Source: an uncultured bacterium | Lineage (GTDB): Bacteria; Patescibacteriota; Minisyncoccia; Moranbacterales; GWC2-37-73 | Assembly: GCA_903851135.1 (NCBI GenBank) | Contig: CAINNK010000008.1 | Coordinates: 13,136 to 77,135 of the forward strand | Direction of reading: 5' to 3' | Length of the DNA: 64,000 bases | In this document: piece by piece, positions 56,454-64,000 of the stretch | How positions within the stretch are numbered: position 1 is the first letter of the stretch | Layout: every line of letters begins with the position of its first letter | The notes under the pieces: model-generated | Database searches by the model: none | Seen by the model: only the letters and a program-made list of their open reading frames with translations | What the model was told of the DNA's origin: nothing | Translations under genes and position numbers: made by a program

Positions 56454-56993
56454 ATGAAACAGAAAAATATTGAAGCAGAAATTAGAAGTTTTGTTTCGGA
56501 AGATCAGTATAAAAAACTTTTAAGATTTTTTAAAAAAGAAGGAAAGTTTTTGGGAGTGGAGAATCAAATCTCTTATTATTTTTCTGGGGATCGAGATTTG
56601 AGAATTCAAAAAAGCGATAAAAGTGCTAAGATTTGGCTCAAAAAAGGTGAAATGCATGCTGACTCACGAGAAGAAATTGAAGTCAAGTTTGATGTCAGTC
56701 AATTTGAAAATGCTGAGAATTTGTTTAAGGTGCTTGGTTACGAAGTTAAGATTAAATGGTTTCGCAAGCGCAGCACTTTTTCTTGGAAAGGTATTAGTGT
56801 AATGTTGGATGATACGAAAGGGTATGGTCGTATTATTGAATTGGAAAAAATGTGCAAAGAAAATGAAAAAGAAAAAATAATTGGAATGTTGAAAAATAAG
56901 CTAGCATTGTTAAAAATAGCTGAAACTCAGAAATCTGAATTTGGTGAAAAATTTGAGTATTACAAAAAGAATTGGAAAAAATTAACAAAATAA
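56454..56993 (+). CDS. CYTH-domain protein (class IV adenylyl cyclase / triphosphatase fold)
   Basis: EIE-x-K N-terminus (EAEIRSF), DRDLRIQK, REEIEVKF and GRIIELE glutamate/arginine pattern typical of the CYTH triphosphate tunnel. Confidence 0.6.
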   Translation: MKQKNIEAEIRSFVSEDQYKKLLRFFKKEGKFLGVENQISYYFSGDRDLRIQKSDKSAKIWLKKGEMHADSREEIEVKFDVSQFENAENLFKVLGYEVKIKWFRKRSTFSWKGISVMLDDTKGYGRIIELEKMCKENEKEKIIGMLKNKLALLKIAETQKSEFGEKFEYYKKNWKKLTK

Positions 56994-57127
56994 AAAATTT
57001 ATTTTGTTAGGGTATTTTTGAGAATTTAAAAATCATTGGAAATTAGGATTTGGAAATTTGAGCGCTAAAATAGCATTGAAAATATCGCTTAAAGGTGAGG
57101 CATAATAAGTATAAAAAATATAATTTT

Positions 57128-58621
57128 ATGACTAAATATATTCCCGTCATCGGCATGGAGGTTCATGTGGAATTGAAGACCAAATCAAAGATGTTTTGTG
57201 GTTGCAAAAATGGACTTGGACAAGAAAGTGCGCCAAACATCCATGTTTGCCCAGTTTGCACTGGTCAACCTGGCACTTTGCCAGTGCCGAATCAGCAGGC
57301 GATTGAATTTGTGCAGTTGGCTGGTTTGGCGCTCAATTGTGAGCTTAATTTGAAGTCAAAATTTGACCGAAAAAATTATTTTTATCCTGATTTGCCGAAG
57401 GGTTATCAAATCTCACAATATGATCAACCGCTTTGTGGACTGGGCAAAATGAATGTTGTCATCAGCAATAACCAAGAAACAATAACCAAGTCAATAGGAA
57501 TCACGCGAATTCATCTTGAAGAGGACACTGGTAAGCTTGTGCATCCAACCGGGGCTAGCTATACCCTGGTTGATTTTAATCGTGCTTGCGTGCCATTGAT
57601 GGAACTGGTGACTGAGCCGGATATTGAAAATGGTGAGCAGGCTCGCTTGTTTTGCACCAAATTGCAGCAAATTTGTCGTTACCTTGGAATCTCAGATGCA
57701 GACATGGAGAAAGGCAATATGCGCTGTGAAGTCAATTTGTCGCTGCACAAAGAAAATGAAGAAAAACTTTCTGGCACTAAGGTTGAAGTGAAAAACATCA
57801 ATTCTTTTCGCTATGTGGAAAAAGCCATCAACTATGAAATTGAAAGGCAAACAAAACTCTTGGATGAGGGTGAGAAGATTGTGCAAGAAACGCGAGGTTG
57901 GGACAGTGTGAAAAACGTGACGGTTTCGCAACGCAAAAAAGAATCTGCGCATGATTATCGCTATTTTCCAGAGCCAGATATTCCACCGATGGAATTTTCT
58001 CAAAGCTATGTTGATCAATTGCGCTTGAAATTGCCAGAACTTCCTGCTGCTAAGGAAAAAAGATTTGCCGGTGAGTATGGTTTAAAAGCGGATGATATTG
58101 CCGTGCTTACTGCTGCTCAAGATTTGGCGCAGTATTTTGAAAATATCATGAGCGAACTTCGGGAAAAAATTACTTCCCATGAAATTCAAGCTTCAGAGGA
58201 AAAGGCAACAAAATTGGCTGTTAATTATCTTATTTCCGAACTGCGAAAACACTTGGCTGAAAACAAACATGATGTGAGGGATTTGAAAATCAGTTCCGAA
58301 AATTATGCGGAACTGATTGGGATTGTGGCAGATGGGAAAATAAACTCTAGTGCTGCTCAGATCGTACTTAAAGAGATGTATCATACGGGTGGCGATCCAT
58401 CTCAGATTATTGCCGAAAAAAATCTTGGGCAAATGGAGGACGCCGGCGAGTTGGAAAGCGCGGTGGAAAAAGTGCTAGCTGACAATCAAAAATCGGTGGA
58501 TGATTTTAAAGCTGGTAAAGAAAATGCCCTCAAGTTTTTGATGGGACAGGTGATGAAGGAGACTGGCGGCAAAGCGAATCCGCAAGTGGTGCTGGAGATG
58601 TTGAAAAAGAAAATAAGCTAA
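57128..58621 (+). CDS. gatB: Asp-tRNA(Asn)/Glu-tRNA(Gln) amidotransferase subunit B
   Basis: MTKYIPVIGMEVHVELKTKSKMFCGC canonical GatB start. C-terminal GatB/YqeY domain. Start chosen at ATG 57128 rather than the ORF-track 57095. Confidence 0.9.
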   Translation: MTKYIPVIGMEVHVELKTKSKMFCGCKNGLGQESAPNIHVCPVCTGQPGTLPVPNQQAIEFVQLAGLALNCELNLKSKFDRKNYFYPDLPKGYQISQYDQPLCGLGKMNVVISNNQETITKSIGITRIHLEEDTGKLVHPTGASYTLVDFNRACVPLMELVTEPDIENGEQARLFCTKLQQICRYLGISDADMEKGNMRCEVNLSLHKENEEKLSGTKVEVKNINSFRYVEKAINYEIERQTKLLDEGEKIVQETRGWDSVKNVTVSQRKKESAHDYRYFPEPDIPPMEFSQSYVDQLRLKLPELPAAKEKRFAGEYGLKADDIAVLTAAQDLAQYFENIMSELREKITSHEIQASEEKATKLAVNYLISELRKHLAENKHDVRDLKISSENYAELIGIVADGKINSSAAQIVLKEMYHTGGDPSQIIAEKNLGQMEDAGELESAVEKVLADNQKSVDDFKAGKENALKFLMGQVMKETGGKANPQVVLEMLKKKIS

Positions 58622-58666
58622 ACAGATTCTAGAATCTGGATTCTTGATTTTAGTATCTGCGGAAAG

Positions 58667-59659
58667 TTATTCAAGAAATTTTTGCACTTCTTTTCGGATA
58701 CTCTTATAATCACTGCACCAAATGATGTTCGGATTTCTTTGAAGCCAAGTCATTTGTCTCTTGGCGTAGTGAATGATGGCAAAATATAGTTTTTCGCGTG
58801 CACCCGAGGCGCATCCGCCTTGGGCGGACATTTCTCCTAATTCTATTTTTCCTTGCAAGAATCTGGAAATCCAGCGATATTCCAAGCCGATTCTTTCTAG
58901 CCATTCCCATGAAACTCCCTGTTTATGCAGTTTTTCCACTTCGGCAGTCATACCTTCTTTGAATCGCTCATCTAGGCGGATTTGGATTTTTTCATTTAAA
59001 ATTTCCCTTGAAACCCTGATCCCAATTTCCAAGAAATTGTATTTTACTGTGAACTGTGAACTAGTAACAGTGAACTGTGCTGGCACCTTTCCAATCGCTT
59101 GGCAAATTTCAATGGCTCTGATTAGGCGCACTTTATTTTGACTATCGATATTTTTGGCGCGCTCGGGATCAAGTTTTTCAAGTTTTGCAAACAATTCTTC
59201 TGTGGTTTCCAGGGCAAGTTGCCCGCGCAGAATTTCATCTGGCGGAACTTCCGGCAGGTTCAAATCTTTGGTTAGCGCATCAATCCAAAAAGCCGTTCCG
59301 CCGCAAATAATGGGAATTTTTTTGCGACTGAGAATCTCCTTGATTTTCTCTTCGGCCATTTTTTTGAAATGCGAAACGTTGAAATCTTCTTGGGGTTTGG
59401 CTACGTCAATCAAATGATGTCGGATGCCTTTGGAAAAGAAACCTTCCCTTGGTTGGAAAATTGAAAATTTGAAATTGAAAAATCCCGTGAAATCTTTTCT
59501 GACTTTACCGGTTCCGATGTTTAGACCTTTGTATATTTGTCGGCTGTCAGCCGAAATGATTTCGCCACCGAATTTCTTGGCAAGCTTAATAGCCACATCT
59601 GATTTTCCAGAGGCTGTGGGGCCCATGATGACTATTATTTTCGGCTTATCTTTCGACAT
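58667..59659 (-). CDS. miaA: tRNA dimethylallyltransferase
   Basis: P-loop IIVIMGPTASGKS and ISADSRQIYKGLNIGTGK. Two in-frame repeat-derived inserts (KDFTGFFNFKFSIFQPREGFFSKG from the ttggaaa repeat at 59455-59480; QFTVTSSQFTV from the cagttcacagt repeat at 59037-59075). Confidence 0.9.
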   Translation of the reverse strand: MSKDKPKIIVIMGPTASGKSDVAIKLAKKFGGEIISADSRQIYKGLNIGTGKVRKDFTGFFNFKFSIFQPREGFFSKGIRHHLIDVAKPQEDFNVSHFKKMAEEKIKEILSRKKIPIICGGTAFWIDALTKDLNLPEVPPDEILRGQLALETTEELFAKLEKLDPERAKNIDSQNKVRLIRAIEICQAIGKVPAQFTVTSSQFTVKYNFLEIGIRVSREILNEKIQIRLDERFKEGMTAEVEKLHKQGVSWEWLERIGLEYRWISRFLQGKIELGEMSAQGGCASGAREKLYFAIIHYAKRQMTWLQRNPNIIWCSDYKSIRKEVQKFLE

Positions 59660-60037
59660 ATATTTTTTGAATTCAGGGTTAACCTCTCTTTAGGAAATAA
59701 AAATTACAAAAAGGAAAAACTTTTATTTCCACATTTCTTTTTTCCGCAAAAAGAAACCTGGAGGAAAGAAAAACTCGCACCGGATGAAGATACTGGGGCA
59801 AAAACTGCGCTCTTCGCTAGCACCCTCCAGGTATATATTGTCTGGACAAAATTATAGATTTTGAAAGCCAATTGATTTTACACTTCGCTCCTACGTCTGC
59901 TGACGGTCGCTACGTTTCAAAATTTTTTAACGCTCATCGTTTGTTTTTTGCCTACGTACTTCATATGGTGTAGGAGAAATACAAGATGCAAATACAAAAT
60001 GCGAAAATTCTAAAATCTGAAATCAAGAATCTAAAAT

Positions 60038-61441
60038 CTATTTTAATATCATGCCTTCTAAATTCCAAACGTTGGCCTTGGTGATTTTGACTTTCAAAAT
60101 TTTTCCGAGCAAATCTTTTTTGGTGCTACTGATCTTTACGTTTTTGAGCGTTCGAGTTTTGCCGAAATAAAAATCACCTTTCTTCTGATCTACTAAAACT
60201 TCAATAATTTTGCCAAGATATTTTTGATTATTTTCAAATGCGGTTTTCTTGAGAATTTCATTTAGATATTGTTCGCGGCGAGCTTTTTCTTTTTGGGAAA
60301 CGTTGTCTTTCATTTTCCAAGCGGCAGTTTCTGGTCGGGGTGAAAATTGTCCGAAGAACACCATATCAAATTTTGATTTTTCCATCAAGAATGCGGATTG
60401 CAAAAATTGTTTGCGAGTTTCGCCAGGAAAACCAACGATGATGTCGGAAGAAATGGAAAAAAGTTTTTCAGGTTTGTTTCTTTTGAAAGCAAGGTTTATT
60501 TTTTTAATGAGATCTAAATAATGCTTCTGAGTATAGCGACGATTCATGCGTCTGAGAATTTCGTCGTCGCCAGCTTGAACTGGCAAGTGCACATTTTCGC
60601 AAACTTTTTGGCATTTGGTCATCGTTTCAATCAGCTGCTCACTCATGTCTTTTGGGTGTGAAGAAACAAATTGAATCCAAAATTTCCCCGGAATAGCGTT
60701 TATTTTTTTCAGTAATTCTGGAAAAGTTACAATTTTTTCTTTAGCTTTTGCATTTAACGCTCCACGCTCCACGCTCCACGTTCCACGATATGAATTTACA
60801 TTCTGGCCGAGCAAAATGATGTTTTTATAGCCCCTGACAACAAGGTCTTTGACTTCAGCAATGATTTCCTTGGCTGGACGCGAAACTTCACGGCCGCGAG
60901 CGTTTGGCACCACGCAATAGGCGCAAAAATTATTGCAACCAGTCATGATGGGAACATAAGCTTCGAAAGAGTTTCTGTATTTTGGTTGAATGCTTAAATA
61001 ATCTAAATCTTCTTTATTATATGGATTTTTTGTAGGATGTATTTTGTATGATGTATTTTGTATTTTTGAATTTATACAAGATACATTATACAAAATACCT
61101 GCTACAGCTTCTGGGAAGTTTTTGATTTCGCAAAATAAATCAACTTTTGTCTTCATTCTTTTTTGCACATCTGAACGATTGGCCAGGCATCCAGTTAAAA
61201 CTATTGCTATTGACTGTGAACCAGAGGTTGTTAACTCTTTTTTTCGCAGATTATTAATCAGGCTATAGGCTCGATTCTCGGCGGTTTGTTTGATGCCGCA
61301 GGTATTGAAAATAATCAAATTGGCAGTTTCGATTTCATTGCTCGGCGAAAAACCTTGCTGCTCTAAAAAAGCTGAAATACGCTCGCTGTCGCTAACGTTC
61401 ATTTGACAACCGAAAGTCTTAATAAAATATGTTTTTGGCAT
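60038..61441 (-). CDS. miaB: tRNA methylthiotransferase MiaB family (UPF0004 + radical SAM + TRAM)
   Basis: N-terminus YFIKTFGCQMNVSDSE. Radical SAM CNNFCAYC. C-terminal TRAM. Adjacent to miaA. In-frame inserts from (CGCTCCA/GTTCCAC)n at 60757-60790 and from the gtattttgtat family at 61020-61090. Confidence 0.85.
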   Translation of the reverse strand: MPKTYFIKTFGCQMNVSDSERISAFLEQQGFSPSNEIETANLIIFNTCGIKQTAENRAYSLINNLRKKELTTSGSQSIAIVLTGCLANRSDVQKRMKTKVDLFCEIKNFPEAVAGILYNVSCINSKIQNTSYKIHPTKNPYNKEDLDYLSIQPKYRNSFEAYVPIMTGCNNFCAYCVVPNARGREVSRPAKEIIAEVKDLVVRGYKNIILLGQNVNSYRGTWSVERGALNAKAKEKIVTFPELLKKINAIPGKFWIQFVSSHPKDMSEQLIETMTKCQKVCENVHLPVQAGDDEILRRMNRRYTQKHYLDLIKKINLAFKRNKPEKLFSISSDIIVGFPGETRKQFLQSAFLMEKSKFDMVFFGQFSPRPETAAWKMKDNVSQKEKARREQYLNEILKKTAFENNQKYLGKIIEVLVDQKKGDFYFGKTRTLKNVKISSTKKDLLGKILKVKITKANVWNLEGMILK

Positions 61442-61711
61442 ATTCTTGGATAGCTTTTTAGTTTTTTAAATTCAGGATTAACTTTTCTTTTTAGGAAAGA
61501 AAAGTTACAAAAGAAAATCGCGCCTACCTCGCGCTGTCAAAATTCTAGCACTTCTTCGCTAAAATTTACACGCAGCTTTTTCTACTGAAAAAGCTGCGTT
61601 TCAAAATTTTTTAACGCTCATCCGTTTGAATTTTGAAACGCGCTTCGTAATGGCGCACCAAAGAAATGCGGGATGAAGATTTTAGAATCTAGAATCTTAA
61701 ATCTGCCCAAC

Positions 61712-63472
61712 CTATTTCTTCTCTTTTATTTCCTTGATAATTTTTTCAATAAATTCATCCAGTGGCAAAGTTTGTTGCTCTTTGACTCCGCGGGTGCGGA
61801 TGGCGACGGTTTTGTCGGCAACTTCTTTTTCGCCAACTACGATGATATAGGGCGCTTTCTGTTTTTCAGTTTCAGAGATTCTTTTTCCAAGGGATTCAGC
61901 CTTGTCATTCATTTCGACGCGGATGTCATTTGCTAAAAGTTTACGTTTAACTTCATCGGCATACTGCGCAAATTTTTCTGAGATTGGCAAAATAGCAACT
62001 TGCACGGGTGAAAGCCAAAGGGGAAAAGCGCCGGCAAAATGTTCAATCAAAAGCATGATGAATCTTTCATATGAACCAAGGATAGCGCGATGCACCATCA
62101 CTGGATGAGATTTGCCACCTTCATTGTTGGTGTATTCCAATTCAAATCTTTTTGGAGTGGCGAAATCAAGTTGCACGGTTGGAATTTGAATTTCCTTGCC
62201 AAGGGCGTCGCAAAACATGAAATCCAATTTTGGACCATAGAGAGCTGCTTCACCTTCGTGTTTGATGGCTTGCAGGCCCATTTCATCGGAAATGTCCTGA
62301 AGCATTTTTTCGCAAAGATCCCAATCTTCTGGTTGACCAATATATTTTTCCGGGTGCTCATAATCCCTGACTGAAAGGGAAACGGTGTGATTGTCCCACA
62401 TGCCCAGTGAAGTATAAAAATTTTGAATAATTTCCACCATGTTTTTCACCTCTTGTTTGACTTGATCAACGGTGCAAAAAGAGTGACCATCTTCAACGGT
62501 GATGGCAATCACACGCTGCAAACCTCCGATTTCGCCTGGCTTTTCATCGCGATATTGTTTTTCTGATTCCATGTAGCGAATCGGCAGGTCGCGATAAGAG
62601 CGAGCCTTGGAAGCGAAAATTTGAGTTTGATGAGGACACTGCACGGGTTTCAGAACGTAGTTTTGTTTGTAGTGAGAAGTCACTTGAAAAAGTTCTTCGC
62701 CGAATTTTTGGGCGTGACCAGATTTTTCATAGAGCTCGATTTTGGCCAGATGGGGAGTGGAAACTTTTTGAAAACCATAGCTGCGGCAAACTTTTTCAAT
62801 ATGTTTTTGCAGTTCATCTTTGATGATGGTTCCATTGGGAGTGAAAAGTGGCAGACCTGGTCCGACCAAATCTGAAAAGCAAAATAAATCCAATTCTTTG
62901 CCAAGTTTGCGGTGGTCTCTTTTGGCAGCTTCTTCAATCAAGTTAAAATAATTTTTTAGTCCTTCTTTATCCTCAAAAACCACGCCATAAATTCTTTGCA
63001 GTTGTTGATTTTTTTCGTCGCCTTTCCAATAGGCGCCGGAAATTTTGGTTAGGGCAAAAGCTTTGAAATTGATTTCGCCAGTCGAAGTCAGATGCGGGCC
63101 GGCGCAAAGATCAACCAAATTACCTGATTTATAAATCGTGACTGTTTCGTTGCCAGCTTTTTGCAGGTCACTGATAAGTTCCAGTTTAAGCGGCTGACTA
63201 ACTTTTCCAAAATGCTCAAGCGCTTCTTTGATTGAAATTTCAGCTTTTTCAAATGGATGTTTAGCCTTGATAATTTCTCGCATTTTTTCTTCCAGTAGTG
63301 GCAAATCCTCAGGGATCAAAGTGCGTGGCAGTTCAAAATCATAATAGAAACCATTTTCAATGGCCGGCCCAATGCCAAGTTTGGCTTCTGGAAACATTTC
63401 TAAAACAGCGCCAGCCAGGACGTGAGCGGTGGAATGACGAAGTGTTTCAATTTTATTAGTTTCATTTTTCAT
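61712..63472 (-). CDS. thrS: Threonyl-tRNA synthetase (lacking the N-terminal TGS domain)
   Basis: Begins in the N2 domain (RHSTAHVLAGAV...GFYYDFE). Class II motifs and C-terminal anticodon-binding domain. 586 aa. Confidence 0.9.
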   Translation of the reverse strand: MKNETNKIETLRHSTAHVLAGAVLEMFPEAKLGIGPAIENGFYYDFELPRTLIPEDLPLLEEKMREIIKAKHPFEKAEISIKEALEHFGKVSQPLKLELISDLQKAGNETVTIYKSGNLVDLCAGPHLTSTGEINFKAFALTKISGAYWKGDEKNQQLQRIYGVVFEDKEGLKNYFNLIEEAAKRDHRKLGKELDLFCFSDLVGPGLPLFTPNGTIIKDELQKHIEKVCRSYGFQKVSTPHLAKIELYEKSGHAQKFGEELFQVTSHYKQNYVLKPVQCPHQTQIFASKARSYRDLPIRYMESEKQYRDEKPGEIGGLQRVIAITVEDGHSFCTVDQVKQEVKNMVEIIQNFYTSLGMWDNHTVSLSVRDYEHPEKYIGQPEDWDLCEKMLQDISDEMGLQAIKHEGEAALYGPKLDFMFCDALGKEIQIPTVQLDFATPKRFELEYTNNEGGKSHPVMVHRAILGSYERFIMLLIEHFAGAFPLWLSPVQVAILPISEKFAQYADEVKRKLLANDIRVEMNDKAESLGKRISETEKQKAPYIIVVGEKEVADKTVAIRTRGVKEQQTLPLDEFIEKIIKEIKEKK

Positions 63473-63898
63473 ATAATTTTTTTAGATAAAATAATTAGAA
63501 TAAAAACATTAAATAAATCCTAATTTCTAAATCCCAATTTCTCACTCAGAGGGTGATCAGCCTCTGGCTGACAATTTCCAGTAAAACTTTAAATCCTAAT
63601 TTTTGACATTTGGACTTAAGATTTTATTAGTCATTGGAAATTTAGATTTTGGATTTCTGAGTTATTTATAAATAAAAGCCTCAAACAAAATAGGATAGGA
63701 AATAGTCTTTCCTGCATCGAGTCCACGACTTTCGTCAAGGAGGTTCCACTCGATTTCCCGGATTATTTGGGCACTTTGGGCGCTTGTTCGCAAGCTGCTG
63801 AAGCGGAGATTTTGTCTTAAGACTTTGCCAGTTGGTGGCCGGCAATCTCATTAAATTGTCTTTCTAATATAAGCCTATTTGGATTATATGGCAAGATT

Positions 63899-63931
63899 GA
63901 CAATTTTGCAATTTGGGTGTTAAATGTCTTA
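63899..63931 (+). promoter_or_regulatory. Sigma70-like promoter TTGACA-17-TTAAAT reading toward the window end
   Basis: ttgacaattttgcaatttgggtgttaaat. Preceded by a GC-rich structured region (63690-63870). Confidence 0.3.
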
Positions 63932-64000
63932 TTGGTTGTAATTCAATCAATGATTGAAATTTTTAAGCAGTACATTGAAAAACTAAAAAAGAAAAAGGAA

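Noticed and set aside
63815-63840. Second T-box-like sequence (AGUUGGUGGCCGGCAA)
   Set aside because: It lacks the UGGNACC bulge and flanking helices of a T-box antiterminator, and no synthetase gene follows on that strand.

Overview
AT-rich, gene-dense bacterial window read with the standard code (translation table 11). Long ORFs are intact, so TGA is a stop. The gene content suggests a small-genome, probably CPR/Patescibacteria-like organism: many aaRS genes (argS, ileS, leuS, thrS, gatB), tRNA/rRNA-modification enzymes (tgt, miaA, miaB, rlmN, rsmI, an Elp3 homolog), a DUF11 surface protein and a 23S-IVS-type four-helix-bundle gene.

Main blocks:
1. A copper/heavy-metal module at 1.4-6.7 kb: secreted Cys/His protein, HMA-membrane-cupredoxin protein, CopA P-type ATPase and a SHOCT protein, flanked by uvrC and uvrA.
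2. Housekeeping genes: rsmI, argS, a GT4 glycosyltransferase, ileS with a T-box-like leader, recO, an AlaA-type aminotransferase, a DUF11 protein, tgt, a MacB/FtsX-type ABC pair, folD, leuS, an NTP-transferase, yvcK, an Nramp transporter, PAP2, ddl, a standalone IMP-cyclohydrolase domain, rlmN, NUDIX.
3. A divergent Elp3 / Trm9-like methyltransferase pair sharing a CATATG start junction.
4. A second metal/redox island: uppP, a CsoR-family repressor, trxB and two small minus-strand genes.
5. tRNA-Ile(GAU) and tRNA-Ala(UGC) plus a tRNA-Ala fragment, then secE-nusG-rplK-rplA.
6. A compact thymidylate module: dCMP deaminase, P-loop kinase, thyA, folA, NDT-like, tmk-like, HD-like, dut, CYTH.
7. gatB, miaA, miaB, thrS.

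The most striking non-genic signal is a heavy load of short repeats. Heptanucleotide tandem micro-repeats and several dispersed 20-30 bp modules occur in intergenic regions. They also sit in-frame inside conserved genes (uvrC, HMA transporter, copA, ileS, leuS, rlmN, elp3, uppP, miaA, miaB), often in the same sense and frame, so unrelated proteins carry the same short peptide. A paired-hairpin motif is shared between the copA/SHOCT junction and the csoR promoter and is a candidate metalloregulator operator. No CRISPR array, rRNA or canonical transposase was seen.
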